Positions 22,071-35,590 of a stretch of 64,000 bases of DNA are shown here, one piece after another. Position 1 is the stretch's first letter; every line of letters starts with the position of its first letter. Below the pieces are notes generated by a model, which was not told the DNA's origin, ran no database searches, and was given only the letters and a program-made list of their open reading frames with translations. Source of the stretch: Anthoceros angustus (Eukaryota > Plantae > Anthocerotophyta). The position numbers were made by a program, and so were the translations under genes. The stretch spans positions 5,318 through 69,317 of the forward strand of contig VJWM01000325.1 in assembly GCA_010909165.1 (NCBI GenBank). The letters run 5' to 3'.

Positions 22071-25000
22071 CTAGTCTTCGGGACACTGAATTCCTTCGTC
22101 AACCAAAGGACATCCATCATCCACTTCATGGTCACTGTCCTCCTCTCCAGGCTGCAGATAAGGTCGCAGCTGATTCATTCTATCTCGAATAGCCTTCTTG
22201 TCGGAAGCGTAAAGGTGCTTTCTTGCATTGAGGTTGAACCCATAATAGAGAATAATAGTCTTATTCACAAATAGTTTCTGAATTTTTTTGGGTAAATTTC
22301 TCGTTCCCACTCTCTTCCCATTTCGCGATCGTCGATTATCTGGTCCTCTAACAAAGAACTCCTTAACGTATTTCCCTTCAAAAGCATCAGTGTGCTCAGT
22401 CCTATACCAGTGGACCATAAGAAATGGGTTCGCGCAATCGAAGTCTACGCTTTCCACCTTCCCAATCCAGAAAGCCCTGTTATGTGTATCTCCTGAGCAT
22501 GGAGTTGCAATGAACATGCCCTTCCTTATCTCTTTCACATCTCCATTCATCCTTTCTATTTCTTGTTGTTGTCGACTTGCATTCTGGTGAGCTCCCAAAT
22601 ACATATCCCTTTGAGGAACTTCTCTTAGTAATGCTTCATCAAGCACAACCTCCTCCGGCACTTGAAGTGGCGGCATGTGCCTCCACCTCTTCTGTTGTAC
22701 CACCTCCACGGTTGTTTAAGCACTAGAGCAATATTGTTCTCCACAATAGTGGCAATTCCTTCCTGGTCGACCCAAAACAACCTCCACCACACCCTCTCCG
22801 ATGGCGTGATATACGCCAAGTTCAAGAAGCCATGCTTCAAGTGCGCCACACACGTTGGTGAAAGACCTCCATCTTGACCCTTTTTGTCTCTCGCCGGCAT
22901 GAGGGGAGTGGGGCGACGGTGGTTGATGGAACAAATTTCAAAATTCCAACCCATCTTGATTCCCATTGAGGGATGTTGAGTCGCTTACTTGAATGGCCGT
23001 AACTTGACCTCGGTCCCGCCTCCTCTCTCGTGATTTTAAATTGATGTTGGAAGGAAAGATTATTCAACCGGTTCATCGCCGCCTTGTATGCATATCCTCT
23101 CGTCCCTTCTTAATGGGCCATACATAAGACCGAAAATCGCCACCTCTGTATTACTTTAACTTTGCGTTGGGGTGAAAGCTCAAAATCTCCAAAGTGTATC
23201 AATAGTAAACGCTTCTTTGTGCCTAAGAAGCTTGAAACAAGAAAACATTTGATCAACGATCATGGGTATGACCAACCAATAGGAACCCAACCTTTATTTT
23301 AACGAACACAAGGTCGATGAGCATATTTAGGTACGCGAATAGTAGCTGGTTCTTGTTCTCGGCAAGTATTATCAAGTCGAGGTAAAGAACTTTAGGAAGC
23401 ACCCTTCGTAAGAAAATATGACATCCTGAATTATATGGATAGTGAGATTGGCGTCGTGATTAGCGTAGTGTAAATATGCCCGCCTTGAAAGTGTAATTAT
23501 GTATCATACATCCCACCACATGAACATTAATAAGTGATGCCTCGCCAACTCTTTGGGATAACGGAGGAAATGAGGGAGCTCTGTCTTCTTCGTCCATGCC
23601 ATCGATAGCAATGCATATACTTGTGGGGCTGACTATAACTTTTGGACCGATGTTTTCTTTGCTTTGTCTCTCTCATTGCTTAGTCGCACCACTGTGATGC
23701 CAAAGCTCCTTCGTAAACCTCTGCAAAAATGGAGACACAGTATTATATCGAGATGATTGTTGCACAACCTGTAACATGAACATGGGTGCGTTAATCTCGC
23801 TGAGGCGCGGCATGCTTGCCCCCCGGACCGACATGCGGAAAAGCTTTGGGGGCACCCCTCCGGCGCCCTGAGGCGCTGAGGGGGCCGCGCCTGCGTGCAT
23901 GTCTTGAAGGGTCTGGGCCCCGACAATGGAAGCACTCTTCCGCCTAGTGCAACCTATGTGAGTCTTGCACATTGGTATCTACATTGCCACACCTCTGCGA
24001 CAAGCGAGGCGCAAACGCGGTGGCCCACCTTTTAAGAAGCCACATATGCATATACACTCCGCAGACATGTAAGCAGGCGATCATGCATCCTTCCGCAAAA
24101 ATGGTTCTTAGAAACTATGCACATCCCAGCAGGATATGAAGAACAAACCTTGGTCTGCTCTGCCGGAAGTGTTCCGGATGGTGCGCTTCAGTCCTTCACA
24201 TAAAGAGCAAGTGGAAAACCTATTAGACTTTGGAATCCTAACCTTCGGGAAGTTGGTCCTCCAGAGGGTCAGAAAATAGGGATACGACACGAACTGCATA
24301 CTAGACCGTGTCATATCCCGGCGATACTGGGCCCAGATCTCCAACTTTGAGAACGTGTCCGGCAGGTGGAACACATCAACGTTTGGCAGCCTTTCCGCCA
24401 TCACTTGAAAACTGTTATCCATCCAGGCAACGGCTCCCAGACTGTGTGTAGATGGTTGTCGCGGATTCACTCTTGACCCATCCCACGGTGCATTGCATAA
24501 CACCCTGCTCTTCAACTCCTCGTACCTCTCTGAGCCGATGCAGTATACTCTTCGAAAAGCTTGCAAACAACACCGAATGCGCGTCGCCCCCATTATATGC
24601 GTGATGACCTTGTCCTTTCTGGTGGCCTGTAAGTCCACGACCAGGAGGGACTGAAGAAATGTCTCTTGCTCTGCCCTCCCCATTCGCAGAAAACGATAAC
24701 GTTGCTCATGGAAATTGGCCTTAGACATTGACTGGACGCATTGCTTGTTGCAGCATGGCTTCCGGAAGTCCGCTGTGACGATGTCGGAGTCGCTCTTCGA
24801 CAAAGGAACTCCACTTGCCCGCCTTCTCTGAACCACGGATTGCATGTCCCGTGGCGCCACAAATGTTTCGCTCAGTGGTTTGGGGTGGAATGACCGTGCG
24901 TCAGGGCGGTCGCCTTCCTCTGTCTCACTAAAAGGTGCATCAGCACGAGGGATTTCCGAGAACACCCTCCTTTCCTCAATTGGAAACAAACCCCGGCGAC

Positions 25001-25420
25001 GCACTGGTGCGTGGGAACTATTCGCTTCTTCATGGCGCCGGTGGCCACTAGGACTCCGCTCCACAGCTGAATACAAATTGATGTTCCTTGGTGTACGAGG
25101 AACACCCCGAGGAATCCTTGGTGAGGTCTGGACCCGCCCCCTCCAACCTTCACCTGCAAACGCGCCAGCATTTGGTGACACAGTCAGGGGGAACCTAGCC
25201 TCTTCTGGTCAGCTGTTGGCATGCACGTGAGGACAGAACTACACGCAGAATTAACACACTGACCATCTACTACCCACAAGCCATTTGGAGACTGCGGTGT
25301 GTTGTGCGGCATCATCGGGACAGGAGGATCGGACGCATTCAATCTTGCATTGCGTTTCCTTTTTCTTGCAGCGTCCAGCTCTCGGTTGAACTGCGATGAC
25401 AGCAAGTCCTCCCTTCCTGC
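22071..25420 (-). pseudogene. Transposase A (Sola/DUF7869-like DDD transposase), frameshifted as assembled
   Basis: PCCNKQC, CCLQAFRRVYCIG and FSTCSLC Zn-like motifs (ORF 24108-25181). Catalytic-type blocks IAIDGMD (~23600), LYL.LDN..ENKNQ (~23370), FLLVGHTHD.DQMFS (~23260). C-terminal FWIGKV...VHWY domain (ORF 22071-22709). Intron ~23725-24150. Confidence 0.8.
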
Positions 25421-25669
25421 AACATGAAAACGCGAAGTTTAGCTGGGAGAAGAACATCAAGGGAACATTATTGCATGGAGTGCATTGGATACAACAAAGA
25501 TCGCTCACTTCACTGTCCATGCGGTGAGTCTCTGTAACATTTCAGGGCGATGCCACTTCACCCACGACACAAACGAAAGTGTGTTCTCCTGCAGGAAAAG
25601 GGAAATATAACGTCCAAGCCACCAACTTCAACGTCACCCAACGCACCTGAGAAAGGCGCTGGCTGCGCC

Positions 25670-27735
25670 GCTCAATGCACAAGTTCTAGACCTATAACGG
25701 CAAACAATCATTGCACGCCATCGTAATGGCGCCGCCTCCAGCCGCCAAAACGACACCACCATTAAGAGGTGTAGTTAGGACATTATCCTAAAATGGAATT
25801 TATGTATTATGTACGTTCGCGAATCCATGGAGGTTACGGCTGAGAATCGGGCAAATGAAGGGGAACCCTAACTTCTTGTCCGGGCGTATAAGGTCTTTTC
25901 CCCACTGTCACGACGAAGCGGGCTTTACGTCCCCTTCAACTTTGTATGCGTGCGGACTCCTGCGGCGGGAGAAGAGGGAGTGATTCAACGCTTGCGGTGG
26001 ATGCGCGTAGGGCCTTTGAGGATCATCCCCACGCAAGGAAGGAGGTGTTCTTCTCCCCAATTCGTTGCTTTCCTCCTCGCAAAGTGAGAACTCTAATACG
26101 TATGCTTTCAGCTGGTTGATGCGCATCCGCGTTCCTTGTGGCAGGAAATCATGGCATCGGGGAGGGCTCTCCGAAGCAAGAAGAACCTAGCGGCGCCTAC
26201 GCTTGAACCACCTTCTGAGATTGTGCGGAAGAAGAAGGCGACTCGAGGCGGACGGAGGAAGTCGCGGATGGCGCGTGCCGCCCACAAGGACCGGTGGCCC
26301 AGGCCGCAGCATCGCTAGGCGATAAGGATGTGGGTGGGGCGGCGAAGAAATCGAGCTCGGAATTCAGCAAAAGCCGGCAACACGGGGAGGCGGGCCACGA
26401 AAGACAAGGAGGCTTGAAGGGGAAGAAAGCAACCCGATCCTGTGCCTTCGCCATACAACTTGGAAGAAACTATGCTCATCGGGCGCGACTAACTCAATCG
26501 ATGCGATTAATTGTCTAGGGAAGGAGTGGTTTTGCAGGCGGGCGGATGATGACCATATGGACAACAGGCATGGGTTCTGAGGTTTGGACCAGCTAAGCCA
26601 AATCAGCGAGCAAGAGTTGGCTGGGTTGTATGGGCAAGTCTGGATTTGTCATAGCGGAACCGAATTCGAGATCCTCCTTACAACAAAGCCACCAACTTCA
26701 ACGTCGCACGAGAAAGGCGCCCTCAATGCACAAGTTCTAGACCTATAACGGCAAACAATCATTGCACGCCATCGTAATGGCGCCGCCTCCGCCAAAAGCG
26801 ACACCACCATTAAGAGGTGTAGTTAGGACATTGTCCTAAAATGGAATTTATGCATTATGTACGTTCGCGAATCCATGGAGGTTACGGTGAGAATCGGGCA
26901 AATGAAGGGAACCCTAACTTTTGTCCGGGCGTATAAGGTCTTTTCCCCACACTCCACGAGCCGGCTTCGTCCCCTTCAACTTTTGTATGCGGCGGACTCC
27001 TGCGGGCGAGAAGAGGGAGTGATTCAACGCTTGCGGTGGATGCGCGTAGGGCCTTTGAGGATCATCCCCACGCAAGGAGGTGTTCTTCTCCCCAATCGTT
27101 GCTTTCCACCTCAAAGTGAGAACTCTAATCGTATGCTTTCGGTGGTTGATGCGTCCGCGTTCCTTGTGGCGAAATCATGGCATCGGGAGGGCTCTCGAGC
27201 AAGAAGGACCTAGCGGCGCCTGCTTGAACCACCTTGATTGTGCGGAAGAAAGCAGAAGAAGGCGACTCGAGGCAGGCGACGGAGGAAGTCGCGGATATGG
27301 CGGCTGTCGCGACAAGGACGGTGGCGGCCAGGCGCTGCGGCAACCAGCATCGCTGGAGGCGTGCGGATGTGGGTGGGCGGCGAAGAAATCGAGCTCGGAA
27401 TTCAGCAAAAGCCGGCAACACGGGGAGGCGGGCGGGCCACGAAAGACAAGGAGGCTTGAAGGGGAAGAAGAAAGCAACCCGATCCTGTGCCTTCGCCATA
27501 CAACTTGGAAGAAACTATGCTCATCGGGCGCGACTAACTCAATCGATGCGATTAATTGTCTAGGGAAGGAGTGGTTTTGCAGCGGAGGGTGGATGATCTT
27601 GACCATATGGACACATCAATGTGGGTTCTGAGGTTTGGACCAGCTAAGCCAAATCAGCGAGCAAGAGTTGGCTGGGTTGTATGGGCAAGTCTGGATTTGT
27701 CATAGCGGAACCGAATTCGAGATCCTGCTTACAAA
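25670..27735. repeat. ~1-kb tandem near-duplicate (25670-26690 vs 26720-27735)
   Basis: Same sequence twice, differing mostly by 1-5 bp indels. Confidence 0.9.
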
Positions 27736-27850
27736 AAAGCCACACCAACTGGATGAAATTCGCCCGGTGCGGAGGAGTTCAAGGTTATCACCGTGGGCCT
27801 TGGGATGTTCAAGCTTAAGAAGTGTTCCCGGATGTCGACAAGCGCCTTGA
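27100..27850 (+). CDS. ORF-X of element A (unknown; separate gene or 5' exons of the cargo gene)
   Basis: QISEQELAGLYGQ...EILLTKKPH matches GIPRQELDGFYVQ...QFLVTKKPH at the syntenic position of element B. Confidence 0.45.
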
Positions 27851-28034
27851 GAGGCTAAGCAGAATCAACACGTATGGACGGGTTGGCTAACATTGTGTTG
27901 TGCTTTAACTGCTTTTCATTTCGCTTGTAGATGTAGCGTGAGTTGGCTTATGGGTTTTGTGTGTCAGCAGTGGGAGGGCTTTCTATAAGCAAGCTGTGCT
28001 TTTGTCACGATCTATCGTGGACCACCGGAGAGAA

Positions 28035-31000
28035 ATGAGCATGCGGCGAACAGGCAGCCCTCCCAAAATCACGAGAGGACCTCTCAGGCAGCTCAGAGGA
28101 AGAGGAGCTGGGCCCCGAAGATGAGCATGATGGACCATTGCCCGACATCCTTGGACAATCCGACGAAGATGATGGAAGAAGCGGGGATGACTTGGAAACC
28201 GAGGTTAGAGATGCAGATTAATAATGGATTATGACATGCCTCCTGACTCTATGCTTGTGCCCACAGTCCCTTATAACCCGCCAGCCACAGGCGGGCGCCG
28301 GCATGCCGGCGCCCCGACTCCATTCCAGGGTGTGGAGTCCCTGCCAACCCCTCAGCCAGGCATGTGTATGGATGTGGCAGGAGCAAGGGAAGAGGAGGGG
28401 CGCCGGCATGCCGGCGCCCCTACTACGTTGCAGGGTGTGGAGTCCCTCCCAACCCCCCATGCAGGCATGTTTATGGATGTGGCAGGAGCAAGGAAGGGGC
28501 GCGGCATGCGCGCCCTCCTCCTCCTCCAGCGCCACCCTTCTACTATACCGGTGCTATGAGCTATCGACCCGGCCGTTGGATTGTCGGGAGGGCTGGAGGA
28601 AAGGCAAGCAGCGCACCGAGGCAGCCCAACACGACACCCAAGTCCGGATCTGGTAATTTGTTGGCGAACGAGCTAGTCATTTCCGATACAAGGCGGGATG
28701 CGGAAAGAGGAAGCAGTCTTGATGCAAGAGGATCGGCGAGCGAGAGTTTGGAGCCGAACATGGTAAAATACGGAAGAAAGCAAAGACTACAGAACTATGT
28801 CACAGAGGAGACATTCCAGTGCACCTTTCAGCGGATGAAGAGAGGTTGGAATCTTCCTTCCACGAGGAGGACTACCTCACCCGAATTCGAGATGCAGCAT
28901 GCGAAGAAGGTGGTCCGAGGTGTCTTTGGTAAGAGAATCTGGCTGCCTCTTATCTAACCCCGGATCGCAGATTCGGCGTGTGGATGAAGCGTGGACTAAT
29001 TATCTGGCTCGCGTGATTGGAAAGGGCCGAGTTGAGGAGGGCGTATTGCCCCTTTTGTGCATGATTGATCCCAAGGAGTGTGATGATCTAGAGGACTGGA
29101 CTGGAAAAAATTCAGGGCAAAGAAATACATCATGGGTGTGTTAGGCGGGAACCACACATTTGCGGCAATGCAACATTTGGCGGACATATCACCAGTGAAA
29201 GAGCGTTTCAAATGGATAGAGGCACATGTGTATTGTGGGTGACCACGAAATGAGGGTTTTGGCGGATCACAATACAATGTCGACAAGCGGCGGAAGATGT
29301 CGTTCATAGAGCAAGTAAGATATCTCGAGATGAAGCTTATAGCCAAGCGGGATGGCGTGCATATGTCCATGAATTGGAAGTTCAACTGTATAAGGTATTG
29401 GGTCTTATCGAAGATGATGAAGGACGGGAAGATGATGCCTACAAAGCAGAACAAGGTTGACAGGGGCACATCTTGTGCATAGCGAAGTTGGAAGGAAGGG
29501 TATGGGAGAATGTGGACAAAATTTTTGCAAAGTGGGAGGCTTGTGACTTGCGGAAATAAGAAACATGTGGCGATTGAGCAAAAGAGCAAAGGCAAGCGGA
29601 AAGCGGCGGAAGAAACGAAACAAGTTGAGGTATATTGGTGAAGCCCAAGGAGATGCAGACAAAGCCATGGCGTTGCTTTCAAGGTATTCTGCGGGGAGGC
29701 GCGGCAAATGCTTATTAGTGCCAGAAAGTTCTCACCGGCCTTATGGATTTGAAGGAATGTCGGATGAAATTATATTGCGCAAGAAATTGCATATCATCCA
29801 AGTGGCCATGGCGAAGCACTTAGGATGTTCATCTTTTGAGATGGTGAGGCAAGAGTACCCACAACATTCCACCGAAGTAGTCGCGAGTTCAGGCTTTCGA
29901 GGAAAGGTATGTTATCATACTCTCTGTTTCTTAGAACTTTATAGTGCAGGCGGGAGGAGGAGGGAGGCGCGGCATGCGCCCTCCTCCTCCTCCTCCTGTG
30001 CAGGCGCCCGGCATGCGCCCGGCATGCGCCCGGCATGCGGCGCTGAGGGGTGGCGCGGCATGCGCCCTCCTCCTCCTGTGCAGGCGGGAGGAGGAGGGCG
30101 CATCTGCGGCTGCCTCTTATCTAACCCCGGATCGCGATTCGGCGTGTGGATGAAGCGTGGACTAATTATCGCGTGATTGGAAAGGGCCGAGTTGAGGAGG
30201 CGTATTGCCCCTTTGTGCATGATTGATCCCAAGGAGTGTGATGATCTAGAGGACTGGTGGAAAAATTCAGGCAAAGAAATACATCATGGGTGTGTTAGGC
30301 GGGAACCACACATTTGCGGCAATGCAACATTTGGCGGACATATCACCATGAAAGAGCGTTTCAAATGGATAGAGGCACATGTGTATTGTGGTGACCACGA
30401 AATGAGGGTTTTGGCGGATCACAATACAATGTCGACAAGCGGCGGAAGATGTCGTTCATAGAGCAAGTAAGATATCTCGAGATGAAGCTTATAGCCAAGC
30501 GGGATGGCGTGCATATGTCCATGAATTGGAAGTTCAACTGTATAAGGTATTGGGTCTTATCGAAGATGATGAAGGACGGGAAGATGATGCCTACAAAGCA
30601 GAACAAGGTTGACAACAGACATCTTGTGCATAGCGAAGTTGGAAGGAAGGGTATGGGAGAATGTGGACAAAATTTTTGCAAAGTGGGAGGCTTGTGACTT
30701 GCGGAAGAAACATGTGGCGGGGAGCAAAAGAGCAAAGGCAAGCGGAAAGCGTGGAAGAAACGAAACAAGTTGAGGTATATTGGTGAAGCCCAAGGAGATG
30801 CAGACAAAGCCATGGCGTTGCTTTCAAGGTATTCTGCGGGGAGGCGGGCAGCAAATGCTTATTAGTGCCAGAAAGTTCTCACCGGCCTTATGGATTTGAA
30901 GGAATGTCGGATGAAATTATATTGCGCAAGAAATTGCATATCATCCAAGTGGCCATGGCGAAGCACTTAGGATGTTCATCTTTTGAGATGGTGAGGCAAG

Positions 31001-33910
31001 AGTACCCACAACATTCCACCGAAGTAGTCGCGAGTTCAGGCTTTCGAGGAAAGGTATGTTATCATACTCTCTGTTTCTTAGAACTTTATAGTGCAGGCGG
31101 GAGGAGGAGGGAGGCGCGGCATGCGCCCTCCTCCTCCTCACTCCGCTTGGGCGCCCGGCATGCGCCCGGCATGCGCCCGGCATGCGCCCGGCATGCGCCC
31201 TCCTCCTGTGCAGGCGGGAGGAGGAGGGAGGCGCGGCATGCGGCGCCCACCGGTCTAGATGCAGGCCCTAAGTGCGGGGAGGCGCGGCATGCCGGCGCCC
31301 TCCTCAACATTGACTGTTGACAAGCATCCTGTTTTTGTGCAGCAACAAAGACATTGAAGTCCTTACCAAGTGCCCGAAAACTTTCAGGTTCATTTATGAG
31401 GTCAACACTTGGAAGGGCTTGGAGGATGAGCGAGCTCGCGATAGAGACATAGAAGAGGATTGTTGCAATTCACATCCCATCGGAGAAAAAATGCGATGTC
31501 AGTTCATGCTCGAGATGTGCGGGATATGCGAGGTTTTGTGAGGAAGAGGAGTTACTCTTTGCTTGTGATGGATGTCCCACGTGGATTCGAGAAGGGCCCA
31601 AAGGATGGAAGGTTTGATATTTGGCAAGTTGGTAATGTTTTGCATTCCTTCCATGACTTGAATCAGCGATTCGGGATGATCATAATGCATGGTGTGGAAG
31701 ATTCACATATTGTGCGAGCCTATGCGGAAGTGGTGCGGAGGGTGGTCTTGTTTCATTTGTGTGGGACAAGACAAATGTCAACAACGACAAGGGTGGGTTT
31801 GATACGGTGGAGTATGTCACCGTCGGGTGAAGAAAAGCTCGAGTTCGGTGTCATGTTACCTAATGTTTTGCGGCAATGCAACATTTGGCGGACATATCAC
31901 CGATGAAGAGCGTTTCAAATGGATAGAGGCACATGTGTATTGTGGTGACCACGAAATGAGGGTTTTGGCGGATCACAATACAATGTCGACAAGCGGCGGA
32001 AGATGTCATTCATAGAGCAAGTAAGATATCTCGAGAGATGAAGCTTATAGCCAAGCGGGATGGCGTGCATATGTCCATGAATTGGAAGTTCAACGTATAA
32101 GGTATTGGGTCTTATCGAAGATGATGAAGGACGGAAGATGATGCCTACAAAGCAGAACAAGGTTGACACAGGCGCACATCTTGTGCATAGCGAAGTTGGA
32201 AGGAAGGGTATGGGAGAATGTGGACAAAATTTTTGCAAAGTGGGAGGCTTGTGACTTTGGAACATAAGAAACATGTGGCGGAGGATTGAGCAAAAGAGCA
32301 AAGGCAAGCGGAAGCGTGGAAGAAACGAAACAAGTTGAGGTATATTGGTGAAGCCCAAGGAGATGCAGACAAAGCCATGGCGTTGCTTTCAAGGTATTCT
32401 GCGGGGAGGCGGGCAGCAAATGCTTATTAGTGCCAGAAAGTTCTCACCGGCCTTATGGATTTGAAGGAATGTCGGATGAAATTATATTGCGCAAGAAATT
32501 GCATATCATCCAAGTGGCCATGGCGAAGCACTTAGGATGTTCATCTTTTGAGATGGTGAGGCAAGAGTACCCACAACATTCCACCGAAGTAGTCGCAGTT
32601 CAGGCTTTCGAGGAAAGGTATGTTATCATACTCTCTTGTTTCTTAGAACTTTATAGTGCAGGCGGGAGGAGGAGGAGGGCGGCATGCGCCCTCCTCCTCC
32701 TCTGTTGTCCGCTTGGGGGCGCCGGCATGCCGGCGCCCCTGCTGGGCGCCCCGGAGCTGGGGGTGGGCGCCGGCATGCCCCCAGAGGGGGGAGGAGGAGG
32801 CGCCGGCATGCGGCGCCCAGTCTAGATGCCAGGCCCTAAGTGCGGGGAGGCGCCGGCATGCGCCCTCCGCATGACTAATATTGACAAGCATCCTGTTTTT
32901 TGTGCAGCAACAAAAAGACATTGAAGTCCTTACCAAGTGCCCCGAAAACTTTCAACAGTTCATTTATGAGGTCAACACTTGGAAGGGCTTGGAGGATGAG
33001 CAGCGAGAGTCGCAGACAGAGACATTGAAGAGGGATTGTTGCAATTCACTGTCCCACAGTCGGAGAAAAAAGTACAGTATCAGATTCATGCTCGAGATGT
33101 GCAGGATATGCGAGGTTTTGTGAGGAAGAGGAGTTACTCTTTGCTTGTGATGGATGTCCCACGTGGATTCGAGAAGGGCCCAAAGGATGGAAGGTTTGAT
33201 ATTTGGCAAGTTGGTAATGTTTTGCATTCCTTCCATGACTTGTTGAATCAGCGATTCGGGATGATCATAATGCATGGTGTGGAAGATTCACATATTGTGC
33301 GAGCCTATGCGGAAGTGGTGCGGAGGGTGGTCTTGTTTCATTTGTGTGGGACAAGACAAATGTCAACGACAAGGGTGGGTTTGATACGGTGGAGTATGTC
33401 ACCTTTGTCGGGTGAAGAAAAGCTCGAGTTGCGGTCATCATGTTACCTAATGTTTTGCAGGGCACTTTCAATAATGGTCGGTCGGTGATTGCCCACCATA
33501 CAGTTGTGAAAAAGCTGGTTTATCATTCACTTGACAAACTTGTTGTCTGTCCCTACCAGCGGCCTTTAGGTTTGATGATGAAGCTTATCAAGACATTCTC
33601 CAAGGAAGGGGACTGGATATTGGATGCATGTGCAGGTAGTGGGTCATCTTTAATGGCTGCCTTGTTGTCTGGCCGAAATTGTATTTCTATCGAGGCAGAC
33701 AAGAGGTGTGCAGAATTCATTCCACAGCGTGTACATGGATATGAAGTACTGCCGGATGCGGAGGAGGAGCTGACACATGAGCCGCATCGTCGTGGTCCAT
33801 CTCAATTCTGGGCCAAGGAGGTTTGCGTCAGCGAGAAGGATATTGGGAAGGCTCAAATTGTGCCTCTAGGGTCGAAGCGAATGAAAGAAGGTGGAGACCA
33901 CAGCCGATGA
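28035..33910 (+). pseudogene. Cargo A: ParB/Srx-like domain + beta-class N4C/N6A DNA methyltransferase domain (frameshifted and internally triplicated as assembled)
   Basis: QIRRVDEAWTNYL...LPLLCMIDP...VLGGNHTFAAMQ (~28960-29180). LLVMDVPRGF (~33140), then PYQRPLGLMMKLIKTFSKEGDWILDACAGSGSSLMAALLSGRNCISIEAD (ORF 33440-33910). Intron ~32618-32907. Confidence 0.8.
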
Positions 33911-34259
33911 GGGGCACAGACACTAGAGGTCAGATGGCACATGCCTCCGGGTTGACGGGAAGGAAGACGACGACGCCAGCGGCGATGATGGTATTGACTC
34001 TTTCGGAGAGATGAAGAGCGTCGAGAAACGCCACCGTAGTTCACGATAGTGAAGCCGGTTTGTGTGCGCTTGAATCTGATCGAACTTCCTTAGGTGGCTA
34101 GAACGTTTTCCTTGTCGTAATCGGCGTATGGGCCGTTGTCTTTGGAGTGGATGACACGCCGGATCTTCTAGTAGCAAGTTGTTCTGTCCGCCATGAGGCC
34201 GCTTTTGAATACATCCGAGACGCACTCTACTTATAATCGAGCATTGCCGCTTGTCCGCA

Positions 34260-35590
34260 AGCATCCTGTTTTGTGCAGCAACAAAGACATTGAAGTCCTT
34301 ACCAAGTGCCCGAAAACTTTCAGGTTCATTTATGAGGTCAACACTTGGAAGGGCTTGGAGGATGACGGCCATGAGATAGAGACATTAGAAGATTGTTGCA
34401 ATTCACATCCCGTCGGAGAAAAAGACGATGTCAGTTCATGCTCGAGATATGGGATATGCGAGGTTTTGTGAGGAAGAGGAGTTACTCTTTGCTTGTGATG
34501 GATGTCCACGTGGATTCGAGAAGGGCCCAAAGGATGGAAGGTTTGATATTTGGCAAGTTGGTAATGTTTTGCATTCCTTCCATGACTTGTTGAATCAGCG
34601 ATTCGGGATGATCATAATGCATGGTGTGGAAGATTCACATATTGTGCGAGCCTATGCGGAAGTGGTGCGGAGGGTGGTCTTGTTTCATTTGTGTGGGACA
34701 AGACAAATGTCAACAACGACAAGGGTGGGTTTGATACGGTGGAGTATGTCCTTGTCGGGTGGGGAAATTTGAAGAAAAGCTTCGGTCATCATGTTACCTA
34801 ATGTTTTTGAGGCACTTTCAATAATGGTCGGTCGGTGATTGCCCACCATACGATTGTGAAAAAGCTGGTTTATCATTCACTTGACAAACTTGTTGTATCC
34901 CTACCTGACCTTTAGGTTTGATGATGAAGCTTATCAAGACATTCTCAAGGAAGGGGGATATTGGATGCATGTGCGGTAGTGGGTCATCTTTAATGGCTGC
35001 CTTGTTGTCGGCGAAATTGTATTTCTATCGAGGCGGAAGAGGTGTCGAAATTCATTCCACAGCGTGTACATGGATATGAAATCTTCGGATGCGGAGGAGG
35101 AGGCGACACATGAGCCGCATCGTGGTGGTCCATCTCAATTAGGCCAAGGAGGTTTGCGTCGTGAGAAGGATATTGGGAAGGCTCAAATTGTGCCTCTAGG
35201 CGAATGAAAGAAAGGTGGAGACCACATCGATGAGGGCAGACACTAGTGTATGGCACCTGACCTCACGAAGTTGACGGGAAGGAAGGCAGCAGCGCCCGGC
35301 GATGATGGCGTGACTCTTTCGGAGGCAGATGAAGAGCGTCGAGAAAGCGTCCGTAGTTCACGATAGTGAAGCCGGTTTGTGTGCGGTTGAATCTTCGGAC
35401 CTGAACTTCCTTAGGTGGCTAGAACGTTTTCCTGTTCGTACCTTTGTATCGTATGGGCGTTGTCTTTGGAGTGGATGACACGCGGATCTTCTAGTAACAA
35501 GTTGTTACGTATGCGGCCATGAGGCGTTTTGAATACATCGGCGGACGCACTCTACTTATAAGCGAGCATTGCCGCTTGTCCACAAGCATC
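34260..35590 (+). repeat. Noisier duplicate of the methyltransferase exon and its 3' flank (copy of ~32885-34260)
   Basis: Near-identical to the preceding segment with many single-base deletions. Another partial copy at 31316-31870. Confidence 0.88.

Noticed and set aside
29950-31300. (GCCCGGCATGC)n stutters and GAG/CTC runs as a distinct satellite
   Set aside because: They differ between otherwise near-identical copies; probably mis-called versions of the palindromic intron seen at 32660-32870.
33440-33910. Methyltransferase as bacterial contamination or a restriction-modification system
   Set aside because: It lies in an intron-containing gene linked to a eukaryotic-type transposase in two families; no endonuclease or operon context.
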